From positions 20,439-84,438 of IMG/VR virus record IMGVR_UViG_3300044631_000551: a stretch of DNA of 64,000 nt; one strand, 5' to 3'. The DNA comes from a virus. Both the position numbers and the translations under genes were made by a program. The notes under the pieces are model-generated. The model was given only the letters and a program-made list of their open reading frames with translations. It ran no database searches and was not told where the DNA came from. Position 1 is the stretch's first letter. Every line of letters starts with the position of its first letter. Shown in pieces: positions 1-11,700 of the stretch.

Positions 1-1490
1 GTTTCAGGAGCAGTTGCGCTGTAAGCAAAATATCCTTCACTGTTCTTGTATTCAGCAGGAATTTCGAACTCAAACTCACGGAAATCGTTTAGATTCTTAG
101 GATCTGAGAAAACACCAGCTGGCGTCACTTGAGTCAGTTCGATCCAAGGAAGACTATCGAAGTCTCTAAAATCTTCGGCTGCTTGGAACTTACCATAAAC
201 TACAACACCAGTGTTCTTAGGTTTGTATGCGTCAACATAAACTTTAATATCTTCTGCATCTTGACCATCAGCTAGTCCGATAACGCGAGAAACATATTTC
301 GCATCAGCAGCACCTTCGCGCGTTGTTTCGTTTGTTGTATTAGCGTTTACTCTATTTGTAACGAGTAACATCTGCGAACCATCAAGTCTAATAATTGGAG
401 CAACATATTCATTCGTAGCATTTAGTACAGCTTGAACTTGTAATGAAGAATTACCAGCTAGGATACTTCCGTTAGCTTCGTTGCTATAACTTAGCAAGTA
501 TCTAGATTTATCTGCGAATGTTTTTTCTTCAGAATCAGAAATATTGAAGTAGTTAGGATCTTCTGAGAAATTAGAGCCTTCTAAGAAAGTACCACTCATT
601 TTTAGAGTTAGTTCGCTAGTTGGCTTTTTATCAATATTTAATCTAGGAATGATAGAATGATATTCGTAGTCTTTAATTGATTCCACTGTACCATTTAATA
701 GTCTTACAGTTTTAGTTGTACCATTTACAATCATTTGACGATAGATTTGAATTTGATCATTCGCAGTAAATGTTTGACCTGCAACAGTATCAACCAACAT
801 GACGTATTTTTCGCTAGTAGAATCTTCGTAACGATACATTGCGACAAACTTACCTTTTTCTGAATATGTTTCGCCAAATGCGCCAACCGAGTCAGAGCTA
901 TAAGGCATTAAACTTTGTACACGATTTACATCTTTAATTACGAGATATTCTAGATTTTCTTTATTTCTAAGAGTGACTGTACCAGTAGTATTTACGTTAA
1001 ATTTAGCGCGATACAATACGAACTTAATATCTTGATTGACAAGTTCTGAGTAAGTAGAGTCTGTTTCTGAATAAAATGCTTTTTCTGTAAGCGGATTACT
1101 ATTGACAATAGTATCAGTAATCAAATCTCGTTCGCCACGAGTAGCACCCCAAACAGCAAAGTCAGAACTTGGCGTTTGAATAGCAAAGCAATAGTTCTTA
1201 GAAGAATCCAAGAAAACTGGAGTATCAAATTGAAAAGTAGTTTCAGTAGCACCAGTGTTAGATACAGAAATAGAATCTGTCTCAAGAGTTACAGTAGATC
1301 CTGGAACAATTGAGTTTCTATCTGGTAGACCATCGGCCATTTCCATCAAAAATACTTTAACGCTAGATGCGCCTTTTCTCTTGAAGAATAAGCCAAGTTT
1401 AGTAGCATAGATGCCCGTTGCCTCTCCAGGAGAAGCGACTGAAAATGCTTGAGCTAAAAACTTTAACGAATTGGTTGTTGCGGTTGGCAT
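1..1490 (-). CDS. DUF4815/VrlC-like virion structural protein, C-terminal-half homolog (runs off the window start)
   Basis: Not in ORF track. ATG at 1490 with GGAG RBS; translates MPTATTNSLKFLAQAFSV...GIYATKLGLYFKRK...FDTPVFLDSSKNYCFAI...QDIKFVLYRAKF, motifs typical of the C-terminal half of DUF4815 proteins of T4-like phages. Confidence 0.75.
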   Translation of the reverse strand, partial: MPTATTNSLKFLAQAFSVASPGEATGIYATKLGLFFKRKGASSVKVFLMEMADGLPDRNSIVPGSTVTLETDSISVSNTGATETTFQFDTPVFLDSSKNYCFAIQTPSSDFAVWGATRGERDLITDTIVNSNPLTEKAFYSETDSTYSELVNQDIKFVLYRAKFNVNTTGTVTLRNKENLEYLVIKDVNRVQSLMPYSSDSVGAFGETYSEKGKFVAMYRYEDSTSEKYVMLVDTVAGQTFTANDQIQIYRQMIVNGTTKTVRLLNGTVESIKDYEYHSIIPRLNIDKKPTSELTLKMSGTFLEGSNFSEDPNYFNISDSEEKTFADKSRYLLSYSNEANGSILAGNSSLQVQAVLNATNEYVAPIIRLDGSQMLLVTNRVNANTTNETTREGAADAKYVSRVIGLADGQDAEDIKVYVDAYKPKNTGVVVYGKFQAAEDFRDFDSLPWIELTQVTPAGVFSDPKNLNDFREFEFEIPAEYKNSEGYFAYSATAPE

Positions 1491-1527
1491 TTATTTCTCC
1501 AAATATTCTTTTATTTCGGCTTCTTTA

Positions 1528-4500
1528 TTACAATCCAACTTCTGTGCCTATTACTGCTGGTCCTTGATCCGGAAGTCCAGTCTGCGGATTGACTTGTGAT
1601 ATAGTCATAGGATTGGTTGCGTCGTAGAACAAATAATATCCAGCACCAATTATAGATGGAATATATCTCAAGGCTCCTTCTGGGATTCCAGCGCCAACAT
1701 TTCCTGGTCCTGCTTTTAGTGGTCCATCAAGAATAGTAACGACTGGAATCTGAGTTGGATCGCATGGTTTACATGGGTCTAGCGAAGTGCTATTAGTAAA
1801 GCTAATTGTTTTCTCTGTTGTAGCAAGAACAACCGCAGCAGAACTATAATATGTAGCTGTTACAGTAAGAGTTGTATTTGCTGGATTGCTCCAACCAATT
1901 CCTACAGAGCGACCGCCATTAGTTAATGCTTGGTTGCTTGTAATTGAAGCAGTACCGACGTTTGCTGCAGAGAAATTTGTACCAGACAAGCTTCCCGATG
2001 GAGCATTACCAACTACGCCAATAGTCACATAGCCACCAGTTACACGATTGGCTGTCATATCGCCACGGAATTCTAGGTTGACCCAGTTGACTGCTTTTGC
2101 AGTTGAAGCGTCTGACATGTAGTAGCTGTTGTTGTTTCCAGATATTACATTTAACATGGTTAGTTTTAGGTCACCATCAGATTCAAACTTAGTCAACTGA
2201 ACTGGTTTTACAACTTCAGAAACAGTACTATTATTGCCACTAACTTTTAGTTTTACATAAACTGTTTCAACCATTGAAGGGAATGTAAATGTAATGTCTG
2301 ATGGATTTTGTACTGAAGAATTAGCAGAACTTGGTGTTACACAACCAGTTGAACATTGAACGAAAGTCCATTCCCATGCAACAGGTGCTTCAAGAGTTGA
2401 ACCTTCTGGAGCAATAACACCTCTATTTGTTCTATCAATAAATGATAAAGTATGAGAAGTTCCATCTTCGACAACCAATGTTCCGACAACATCAAAGTCA
2501 GCAACAATTAATGGAGTCTTTGGTACTAGTGGTGGTTCAACAACTGGATTTCCTGGAACTTCTTCGACAAGAGAAATTACAAATGCGCCAAGGGATCTTG
2601 AAGAAGGAGTGGCTGGAGATACGGTGTCAGTTACAGACAACACGTGGTTTCCTAGCGATAGATTTCCTGGAATTGTAGCAACTGCATACAACACGCCAGT
2701 TGAATCAGAATATAGAGCTTCGCCTTGTAGACCATCAACAGTTACATTTGAAGCGATCTTAGTTACACCATACGCGATATTTCCTGGCGTTGCCAACGAA
2801 GAATAGTCAACGTTATCTATGCTAATGTAATGTCTAGTCGATGGTTTTAATCCGCGAGCAATTAACTTAACAGTTCTATTCATAGGATAGATATACTGTT
2901 CGTTGTATTGAGTGGTCGTAGGTGTAACCGTCATAGTTGTTACAGGATATTTTAACGATTGCTCAACGTCAGCAAATCTTGTCTTATCTAGTTCTACAGC
3001 ACCGCTATCATATTTGTCATTAGGATCAATTGCGATTTCGCGAGTGGCATATTCCTGAGAAATAAACTTAGTATTTGCATCGTAGCCAACAGTTACAAAG
3101 TTCTTACTGTAGCTGATGTTATTAGCTGTATCTCTAATTACTGAAGTAGATGTGCTATTTGCATTGTTAATTTCAATCTCAACTGTTTCAGTAGAAACCA
3201 TTGGACGACCGATACCAGTTGTTGGGTCGATCACGATTGTGTGCTCTGCATCACCTAGTCTTGCTAGGTTATGATTATCAAATGGATCAACGAAGAAACC
3301 ATTTTTGAAGCGATCTACGCCATTAGTATCTGGGATATTTAACTGAGTAGCTTTTTGCTCTAAGCGAGTTAGAGTGGTAAAATACTCAAGAGAAGAAACG
3401 CGCTGGTCGATAGCAGCAATATCTTTCATTCTATAACGCTTATTAGAAATAGGCGAGATATTCATTGTGTAAGGCGCATTAATTACGTACTGCGATTCAG
3501 CAACAGTCAATGAAGGATATGGTGGAATATAAGTTGTCGCTACAACCATCTGGTCGTCAGACTCTGCTCTTGGCGCACGAGGGACTATTGCAGATTCGCC
3601 CTCTACAACTTCAAATACACCCTTAGAAGTTAGAACAACAACATCACGACGAGGTAGATAATAAGTTAGATTACATTCAAAGTTTTGACCAGGATATGGA
3701 TTGTAATCAGTTGTACCTGAATTAAACAGTGTCGCTGGCGGTGGGTTGACTGTTGTTGCCGAAGCATTAGAAGTCAAGTTCGCTGTATTTGCTCGATATG
3801 GACGGAAATCAATAGAATCACGCAAAGCAAAACGACGGTTGCGTGTAGCAGAATAGTAAGAAGGAATTTCCCAAGTCCTTACATACTGCGAAGTGTTTGC
3901 GCCGATAGCGTCATTTACGCTATAAGACTCAACCGAGAAGAAGCCTTTACCAAGAGTAGCATTAGCAGCGAAACAATCAAAGTCAACGATTAGATACGAG
4001 TTTGAAAGATTAGCAGTAGATTTAGGATATAGAACTGCGTGGTCATAGTGCGTATCACGCTGACCGAAATCGTATGTAAAGAATTGTTTGATATCGCTAA
4101 CAGCTTGATTGTTATCTGAGTTTAAATCTTTAGTTTTTGAGACGCGGTTAATTTTAAGCACGTCTGGAACACCAAGATTAAATCCATAAGGATGAACGAT
4201 CTCGTAAGTATTAGCTGATAGACTTGTAGAGAATGCAGTATCTACAGAAAGTTGGGTTGTGTTGGCGATAGCTGTAACTTTCTTAGTTTCGCCATTTGCT
4301 TTAATATAGTTACCAACCTTGAAATCGGTACTAAATGCAGTAGAAGTACCAGTTACAGTATTTCCTGAAGTAGCAATAGCACCAGCAAGCGAACCATTGT
4401 AGAAACGGACTAATTGGTTGCGTTTAATTTCTTTGGCGATTGGGCGAGCGTTAGACTTTCTAGCGTAAGCATTAACTTTAATAGCTGTCGCGCCAGAAGC

Positions 4501-7011
4501 AGTAAAGTCAGGTCCAAGATCAACAGTTAAACTTTGTAGAGTTGAGTTTAACGCAATTGTTCTGTTGCTTGTAGACAAACTAATAATAGAACCTTTCTCG
4601 TGGAAACGAGCATAGGTATTTGCTACAGCAGCTGCACCGTGAGCAGTTCTTGTTGTCATCGTAGTATTACTTACGATCGAGTTTACGATTACTGCAGTAT
4701 TTCCTGCTACTGTAATCTTCTCACCTACAACAAAATCACGCTGGAAGAATGTGCTAGTTCCAGTAATGGTGGTTGTAGTAGAGTTAGCAACAGAAACTGT
4801 ACCACTTAGATTTACAGTCGTTAGAGCTGCACCAGTAAGAACGATATCTACTTTTTCTTCAGAGAAATCGGTGTTATCTGAGAAGCCAAAGAACGAACCA
4901 CCGTCGGTTAAGCTGATAGTTGTAGTACCATTGTTTGCTAGGGAAGCATCAATAGAAGCATTGTAATAGAACTCGGTATCAGAATCGCCTTGTTCATTTC
5001 TTAGATCTCTGACAGCGCGATTCGTTAAACCAAATACGAGGGCTGTGTAGTCAGTAGCTTCTAGCTTAGGATCGACAAACCCATCAATAGTTAAGTTTAC
5101 AGTTAAGCCTGTACCCGAACCGCCTGTAACAGCAGCGCCAGACAATGTTGGATTGGCAGTATATTTACCACCCTGAATTAGAGAAATAGATGTGACGTTG
5201 CCTGAAGCATTGTTTACCGTTATAAGTGCAGTCGCAGAGTCACCAAGACCACCACTTACTGTAACAATGTCACCATTTGTATATCCACCACCGTTGGCAG
5301 AAATAGTAGCAGTGTAAACAGAGTTAGCGAGTTGCGAAACAGCAACGTCAGCAAACGCATTAGCAGTATTGGCATATACAATAGAACGAACTTTATTAAA
5401 GTTTTGATTTTCGTTCATCTTGACATTAAACAGATACATGTTGTATTGTGCTAATGGAGCACCTTTGTCTGCGCTGTCGGTATCATAAACTAGGTTACGA
5501 ATATTAGCTGTACCAATAACAGTACCAGTAGCAGAACTTGTTGAATTCAAGCTGGCAGTAATAGCATTCTGGAATGAATCATATAGATTTACTGAAGCCG
5601 ATTGGTCAGCTGGGAAATATCCACGAAGTTCTTCAACAGGAATGTAGCTACCATAATTCATTGAAACAATTTGTTGTACTGGTGATTCAGTATCAACACC
5701 GCGACGAGAACTCAATACTTGGTTTGACTTAAAGTCAACAGCATTACCACGAACATATGCTTTACCAGCACCGATGTCATAGTAGAATTCTTGAGTATTG
5801 GCGGATGGTTTAGAAGTAATGGTAAAGTCTTTTACAGTATAGTGACCTGACTCATCATATGTACGCTGAGCCATTTCTTGGCCAACTGCGCCACCAACAG
5901 AAGTGTTATTCCATCTTAGAATATTGTCTGGACCAAATTCAGCCACAGCAAAGAATACTTCAGTATTAGGAAGTGCAGTTTTCGCATAAGAAACGAAATT
6001 AGTTTCTAGTTTTAGTCGGTGTGCGCCAGGAGCTGCGCCATTTGATAAGTCAGCAGAGTTATCATACAACGAAGAATCAGCAAATTCGTCTACTATCGTT
6101 TCGGTTGTTTCCATACCAACGATAATACCATTAGCAGCAGAAGGACCACCAGCCGAAGCATTTAGAATTAGAGTTTGTGTATCTGTCTTTACGAAGAAAC
6201 CTTTTTGATACACAATACCTTCTGAGACGCTTAGAGCATAAGCATTACCAACGCCAGTATATCTGTTATCACCAGGAGTTGTAAGAATAGTTGTGTTTGC
6301 TAGATTATTGCTAAAATTAAGCTCGATTGCAGATACAGTCGTACTTACAGATGTGTTAGATAGAAGTTGAATTGTTTCTCCAACAGTAAAATCTTTTCTA
6401 ACATTAGTAATAGTAATTTCGTTAGAGGTAGTATTGGCAGCTGTGATTAAACCACGAGCATCAGAAGTTGTACCTCTAATACGACCATTTACAGCAAAAT
6501 TGGTAGCATTAGCAACAGTAATGACTGATGTTCCGAGATAAGATTTATCTTCGCCATAAATTACAATAGATTCGCCTTCTTGGAATCCGCTAATACCGTT
6601 CTTACCAGTAGAAGTATATTTTACAAAAAACTTTGATGGTTCTGCGGATGCAGCAAAGCCAAGTTCGCCTTTTAGAATTCTAGCTTGAACGCCAGAGTTA
6701 GCGCCATAAAGAATAGCGCCAACATAAGAAGTGTTAGAAGCATTAAATGTAGTATTAGAATCAGGAACAGCAACATATACAGCATCAGGAATTACTGTCG
6801 GAGCACAGCCCTTAATGATACTGCCTTGCTTGAACACGCCATCGCCAAATCGTTCGATTTGGTTTTGTAGAATAGTTTGAAGCTGAGTTAATTCTCTAGC
6901 TTGAACTGGAAATGATGGTCTAAACAATACTCGATGAAACTTTTTGGTTTCATCAAAATCGTCATAGTATGGTGCCGACGCTAGAGTTGTGTTTGCAATA
7001 TCAGCTGACAT
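1528..7011 (-). CDS. DUF4815/VrlC-like baseplate-associated structural protein (N-terminal part) with PKD/Ig-like C-terminal domain
   Basis: APYYDDFDETKKFHRVLFRPSFPVQARELTQLQ N-terminus, APGAHRLK, RTYDESGHY, DRFKNGFFVDPF; PKD-like ADF..SFIDRT..WEWTF..SSVQNP. Confidence 0.8.
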   Translation of the reverse strand: MSADIANTTLASAPYYDDFDETKKFHRVLFRPSFPVQARELTQLQTILQNQIERFGDGVFKQGSIIKGCAPTVIPDAVYVAVPDSNTTFNASNTSYVGAILYGANSGVQARILKGELGFAASAEPSKFFVKYTSTGKNGISGFQEGESIVIYGEDKSYLGTSVITVANATNFAVNGRIRGTTSDARGLITAANTTSNEITITNVRKDFTVGETIQLLSNTSVSTTVSAIELNFSNNLANTTILTTPGDNRYTGVGNAYALSVSEGIVYQKGFFVKTDTQTLILNASAGGPSAANGIIVGMETTETIVDEFADSSLYDNSADLSNGAAPGAHRLKLETNFVSYAKTALPNTEVFFAVAEFGPDNILRWNNTSVGGAVGQEMAQRTYDESGHYTVKDFTITSKPSANTQEFYYDIGAGKAYVRGNAVDFKSNQVLSSRRGVDTESPVQQIVSMNYGSYIPVEELRGYFPADQSASVNLYDSFQNAITASLNSTSSATGTVIGTANIRNLVYDTDSADKGAPLAQYNMYLFNVKMNENQNFNKVRSIVYANTANAFADVAVSQLANSVYTATISANGGGYTNGDIVTVSGGLGDSATALITVNNASGNVTSISLIQGGKYTANPTLSGAAVTGGSGTGLTVNLTIDGFVDPKLEATDYTALVFGLTNRAVRDLRNEQGDSDTEFYYNASIDASLANNGTTTISLTDGGSFFGFSDNTDFSEEKVDIVLTGAALTTVNLSGTVSVANSTTTTITGTSTFFQRDFVVGEKITVAGNTAVIVNSIVSNTTMTTRTAHGAAAVANTYARFHEKGSIISLSTSNRTIALNSTLQSLTVDLGPDFTASGATAIKVNAYARKSNARPIAKEIKRNQLVRFYNGSLAGAIATSGNTVTGTSTAFSTDFKVGNYIKANGETKKVTAIANTTQLSVDTAFSTSLSANTYEIVHPYGFNLGVPDVLKINRVSKTKDLNSDNNQAVSDIKQFFTYDFGQRDTHYDHAVLYPKSTANLSNSYLIVDFDCFAANATLGKGFFSVESYSVNDAIGANTSQYVRTWEIPSYYSATRNRRFALRDSIDFRPYRANTANLTSNASATTVNPPPATLFNSGTTDYNPYPGQNFECNLTYYLPRRDVVVLTSKGVFEVVEGESAIVPRAPRAESDDQMVVATTYIPPYPSLTVAESQYVINAPYTMNISPISNKRYRMKDIAAIDQRVSSLEYFTTLTRLEQKATQLNIPDTNGVDRFKNGFFVDPFDNHNLARLGDAEHTIVIDPTTGIGRPMVSTETVEIEINNANSTSTSVIRDTANNISYSKNFVTVGYDANTKFISQEYATREIAIDPNDKYDSGAVELDKTRFADVEQSLKYPVTTMTVTPTTTQYNEQYIYPMNRTVKLIARGLKPSTRHYISIDNVDYSSLATPGNIAYGVTKIASNVTVDGLQGEALYSDSTGVLYAVATIPGNLSLGNHVLSVTDTVSPATPSSRSLGAFVISLVEEVPGNPVVEPPLVPKTPLIVADFDVVGTLVVEDGTSHTLSFIDRTNRGVIAPEGSTLEAPVAWEWTFVQCSTGCVTPSSANSSVQNPSDITFTFPSMVETVYVKLKVSGNNSTVSEVVKPVQLTKFESDGDLKLTMLNVISGNNNSYYMSDASTAKAVNWVNLEFRGDMTANRVTGGYVTIGVVGNAPSGSLSGTNFSAANVGTASITSNQALTNGGRSVGIGWSNPANTTLTVTATYYSSAAVVLATTEKTISFTNSTSLDPCKPCDPTQIPVVTILDGPLKAGPGNVGAGIPEGALRYIPSIIGAGYYLFYDATNPMTISQVNPQTGLPDQGPAVIGTEVGL

Positions 7012-7023
7012 TAATTCGCTCCG

Positions 7024-8745
7024 TTAGAATCTTATTACTAATTTAACTTGTTCTTTATTTGAAGTAGAACGAGAAACTTCTTGAATATTTTGAATGTATA
7101 AAACATCACCAGAATAGATAGCTAAGTTTGCAGCAGTGTTTCCACTAGAAGTGATTCGTTGCGCGCCATTAGCACCTTGTAGAACTTCACCAGACTGGAA
7201 CGTACCATTGACGCCAGTTAGCAACATGACTGATGAGTTAGCAAATGCGTATCTACCAGAAGCGGTAGAAATACTACCTGTTACCACTTCACCATTTGCA
7301 TAAGTTCCTGTTCCAGAACCTGTTATATTTATAGTGCATAATTGATTAAATGTGTTTGCAGCATATAAAGTTCCGTTAGAATATGTCGGATTTTTTAACA
7401 AACCAACAGTTCTATAAGTCACGTCTGCGTTAAAAGTATTGGCTCCAACGTACTCGTCAAACAAACAATGTACGCCAAGTGCATCACAATATAATTCGTC
7501 ATAAACATCACTACCGTGTCCGCCATCTGGAGAGATAATTGCTCTCAATTCACCGCCAGAGCCAAGGTTGGTTCCAGCAGTTACAGTGACAGTAGCATCT
7601 TTATAGCCAGTACCATATTGTGCCATGTTTACGCGAGTAATTGCGCCAGTTGTTGAATTCATTACAGCATATGCAGAAGCATTACTACCAGTTCTAGAAG
7701 TAATTGTTAACAATGGACCAATAGAATATGTACAGGTATTTGATAAGAATCCAGCTGGGAACGAGTCAGTAATTGTAATACCATATGCTGTATTAGATGT
7801 ACCAATCTTACGAACGAATGTATTTCCGCTAGTATTTGTGACAGTAATCGCACTATCTCTGTAATAGTTCGAAGTTGTATTAGCTGTGTTTGCAATAATT
7901 ACTACATTGTTATTGCCAGTCGTTGTAATCGCACCAGTATGATTCGGATAATCTGCACCAGAAGCTTCAACAATAATATGAAATATTCCGCCATCTACTG
8001 CTGCGTTAGCAACGATCGCGTCTGGTGTTACAGGGATATATTCGTTTGTTGTAAACTTTAGATTATCAGATTGAGCGACATTATACATGTACATCCACTT
8101 GTAATTGTCTGCTGTTTGAAATGGCGTTCCAATGTAGGTCGCGCTCTTTGTTGGTTTTATAGTAGAATTTGCGCCACCATTGTTTGAAATACATTTGAAC
8201 ACGTCACGTGTATCAGTAATAACAAAGAAGTCAGTATCTTTTAATTCAGCCTGATCGTCATATTGAGTGTAAACTGTGCTAGTGGTCCATGTGTATTTTG
8301 GAACCATTCGTTTGAAGTTGGCTTTTTTACCAAACATCATTTCGTTCCAGATATCATAGAAGGAATCAGTTTCTGACTCTACTTCAGCTGAAACATCGCT
8401 CGTTGGATATTCAGATTGTTTACCAACAAACACATAAAAGTTATTTTCGTTTTCGAAAGAAACGTTGACTCTTAGACCAGTACCACTCCCGCCAGTCGCG
8501 TAGATGGCAGAGTTAGGAACATTATTGTTATAAACACCTTTGGTGACTAGGGTAGCTGCTGTAACATTGGCGGTGGCATTGACAGTGACTGTAAACGTAG
8601 TTCCACCGAATAAGCTAACTGTTTCTGCGTTGACATAACTGCCACCAGCTGCGCTAATAGCGAGAGCAGAAACTTTTTGATTATCAACAGAATTGATAAA
8701 CTCATCTATTGTATTTCTTTTGAATTTAGATAATAGCTTACTCAT
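7024..8745 (-). CDS. gp8: baseplate wedge subunit gp8-like
   Basis: VFKCISNNGG..STIKPT..TADNYKWMYMY, IISPDGGHGSD, C-terminal SGDVLYIQN..EQVKLVIRF; position downstream of gp7. Confidence 0.8.
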   Translation of the reverse strand: MSKLLSKFKRNTIDEFINSVDNQKVSALAISAAGGSYVNAETVSLFGGTTFTVTVNATANVTAATLVTKGVYNNNVPNSAIYATGGSGTGLRVNVSFENENNFYVFVGKQSEYPTSDVSAEVESETDSFYDIWNEMMFGKKANFKRMVPKYTWTTSTVYTQYDDQAELKDTDFFVITDTRDVFKCISNNGGANSTIKPTKSATYIGTPFQTADNYKWMYMYNVAQSDNLKFTTNEYIPVTPDAIVANAAVDGGIFHIIVEASGADYPNHTGAITTTGNNNVVIIANTANTTSNYYRDSAITVTNTSGNTFVRKIGTSNTAYGITITDSFPAGFLSNTCTYSIGPLLTITSRTGSNASAYAVMNSTTGAITRVNMAQYGTGYKDATVTVTAGTNLGSGGELRAIISPDGGHGSDVYDELYCDALGVHCLFDEYVGANTFNADVTYRTVGLLKNPTYSNGTLYAANTFNQLCTINITGSGTGTYANGEVVTGSISTASGRYAFANSSVMLLTGVNGTFQSGEVLQGANGAQRITSSGNTAANLAIYSGDVLYIQNIQEVSRSTSNKEQVKLVIRF

Positions 8746-8754
8746 TTATGTACC

Positions 8755-11700
8755 TTATGGGTTTGTGTTTAGCACTGTGTCAATGACAGTGTCAAAAACG
8801 GTATCTGTATCAACAACTGTTACATAAGCAGTGGCTGACGAAGTATTTATAGCGGTTGATGTAGACTTCTGAGTATTAAACTTAGTAGAAATCGCTGTTG
8901 TATATTGCGTAGCATTCAACACAGTTCCAGTCAAATTAAACAGCGTATCTGTATAGAACTTCGTATCAAAAGTTGTATTTTTAGTTGTTGATGTTTCTTT
9001 GTTGGTAGAAATTGTAGTATTTAAAGCTGTATCATAAGTGGTTACAATAGTTGTTAGGCTCTTAGTCTGAGTTGCGTAAGTCGTTGATTTACTGGTATCA
9101 GTATTATACGCTGTTGTTATTGTCGTATCATAAACTGACGATGTCGATTTACTTGTGGCAGTAGACTTAGTTGTATCAGTATTGAATACTGTAGAAGTAG
9201 AAGCAACAGTTGCGCTGATCTTGGTGGTATCAGTATCAAATACCGTGCTGGTAGACTTGGTCGTAGCGGTATCAATAGCAGTATCTGTATTAAATACAGT
9301 CGAAGTCGACTTCGAAGTCGCAGTCGCTATATTTGTAGCGATCTTAGTATCAGTCGACTTGCTTGTTGATGTCGAATATGCAGTAGCAGTATCGTAAATA
9401 GAAATTGTTTCATATACTGTCGAGAAAGTTGAATCAGTTTGAACAATCGTTGCTGTATTTATGGTAGTATCAGTAGACTTCGATGTTCCTTTCGTAGTTT
9501 CGAACGTAGTTCCTTTACTTGTTGTAGTTAAGAATACTGTATCAAATAATGACTGAGTATTGTAAACTGTAACATATGATGTTAATGTATTGAATACTGT
9601 GCTGGTTAGCGCAGAAGTTGAAGTAGACTTGCTCGTTGATCCAGTTGTGCTAATGGCGGTGTCGCGCGCAGTATTTGTTTGGAACAATGTAACTGTATCG
9701 AATATAGTTGATGTTGCAAACGTTGTATTAAACGCAGTCGTAGTATCAAACACAGAAGAAGTTGATTTACTTGTTCCAGTTAGCGCAGAAGTATCAAATG
9801 TCGAAGCCGTGGCGAACACTGTATTGAATGCGGTTGTGGTATCAAACACAGTAGCATAAGTTGTTAGCGTCGCATAGATTGTAGCGAAACCAGTCGTAGT
9901 CGCGTATGCGGTAGTACGAGAAGTGGCAGTCGCTTTGTTAGTATCATATGCAGTTTCAAACGCAGTCGAAGTATCGAACACGCTAGTTGTTGCCTTAGAT
10001 GTGCTAACTGTGGTATCGGTTGATTTGCTGGTTCCAGTAGACTTAGAAGTTGAAGCAGCTGTTTCTGTCGCTTTAGAAGTAGAAGTCGCTTTAGAAGTAG
10101 AAACCACAGTATCAAACGTTGTATCATACGTGGTCACATAAGTCGTAGTTGTATCAAACAACGTCGTGGTAGATCTAGAAGTACCAATTGTGGTATCTGT
10201 TGATTTGCTGGTAGAAGTCGACTTAGAAGTCGAAGCAGATGTTCCAGTTAAATTCGAAGTAGCAGTAGACTTAGATGTAGAATTTGTAGTGTCAAACGTA
10301 GTATTATATGCAGTTACAAATGCTGTCGTTGTATTAAACACAGTCGTAGTCGACTTAGAAGTACTCCTACCCGTTTCTATTGTAACCTCTTCTTTAGTTT
10401 CTGCATCGATAAAAGTGGTATCATATGCAGTAACATAAATCGTAGTTGTAGATTTAGAAGTACTCGTTGCTTTAGAAGTCGTCGCACTTGTTGCTGCAGA
10501 TGTATTAAACGTAGTGTTAAACGTTGTTGTCGTGTTAAACGCGGTAGTTGTATTAAACAACGTTAAGTATGCAGTTGTAGTGTTAAACACAGTCGTAGTG
10601 GCATACGCAGTATCATATAAAGTCGAAGTAGACTTAGAAGTCCCTGTCGTCTTAGAAGTTAATTTAGACGTAGAACCTGTAGTATTAAACGTTGTATCAA
10701 ACGTTGTTGTAGTATTAAACGTTGTTGTGGTGTTAAATACAGTCAAGAAAGTTGTAGTCGTATCATATGCAGTTGTTGTTGCGTATGCTGTATTGAACGT
10801 CGTCGTCGTGCTTCTCGAAGTACTGGTAAATCTATTAGTACCAATTTGTGTTAGATACGTCGTTGTTGTATTAAACGCAGTAGAGATCGTGGTGTCAGTA
10901 GATTTTGACGTTTCTTTGGTTGTCTCTGTGGCTTTACTTGTTTGAGCACTGGTGCTTGTAGACTTAGTGGTCGAACCAGTAGTATTAGTTTCAATTGTTG
11001 TACCATACACAGTAGTTGTATTAAACAACGTGGTCGTTGATTTTGAAGTCGCCGTTGCTTTTGAAGTGGCGCCAGTCGTATCAGTTGACTTACTTGTTGC
11101 TGTTAAAGCAGAAGTTTGTGTTGAGAAAACAGTTTGATATGCTGTATCAAACGTAGTATTATATGTTGTAGAAGTAAACGCACCGCTACCAGTAGTTGTT
11201 AGTTTACTTGTTGCCGTTGAAGCAGAAGTTTCTTTACTTGTAGAAGTATCGCGTTCGGTAATCTTTGAAGTATTAGTGCTAAAGAACGTATCAAAAGCAG
11301 TATCATATTTCGTAGTGTAAGAAGTCGTCGTAGCATACGCTGTCGAGGTATCGTAAACCGAGTTAGTTAGACGCTTAGTAGAACGATTTGTGTCTGTATA
11401 AACCAACGTTGCAGTCGCAATAGTTGTGTCGGTATTAAACACAGTAGTGGTCGCAATGGCAGTATCAAATATGGTCTGAGTATTAAACACAGAAGTTGTA
11501 GATTTACTGGTAGCAGTTACATATGCTGTCGTTGTGTTAAATGTACTTGTTGTAGATTTATTAGTCGATGTAGCATATGCAGTTATAGTGTCAAAAACTG
11601 ATGACGTAGATTTATTTGTTGCAGTGGCAAATGTCGTTGTTGTATCGTATGCAGTCGTGGTCGTTTTACCAGTACCATATGCAGTAGATTTTGACGTTTG

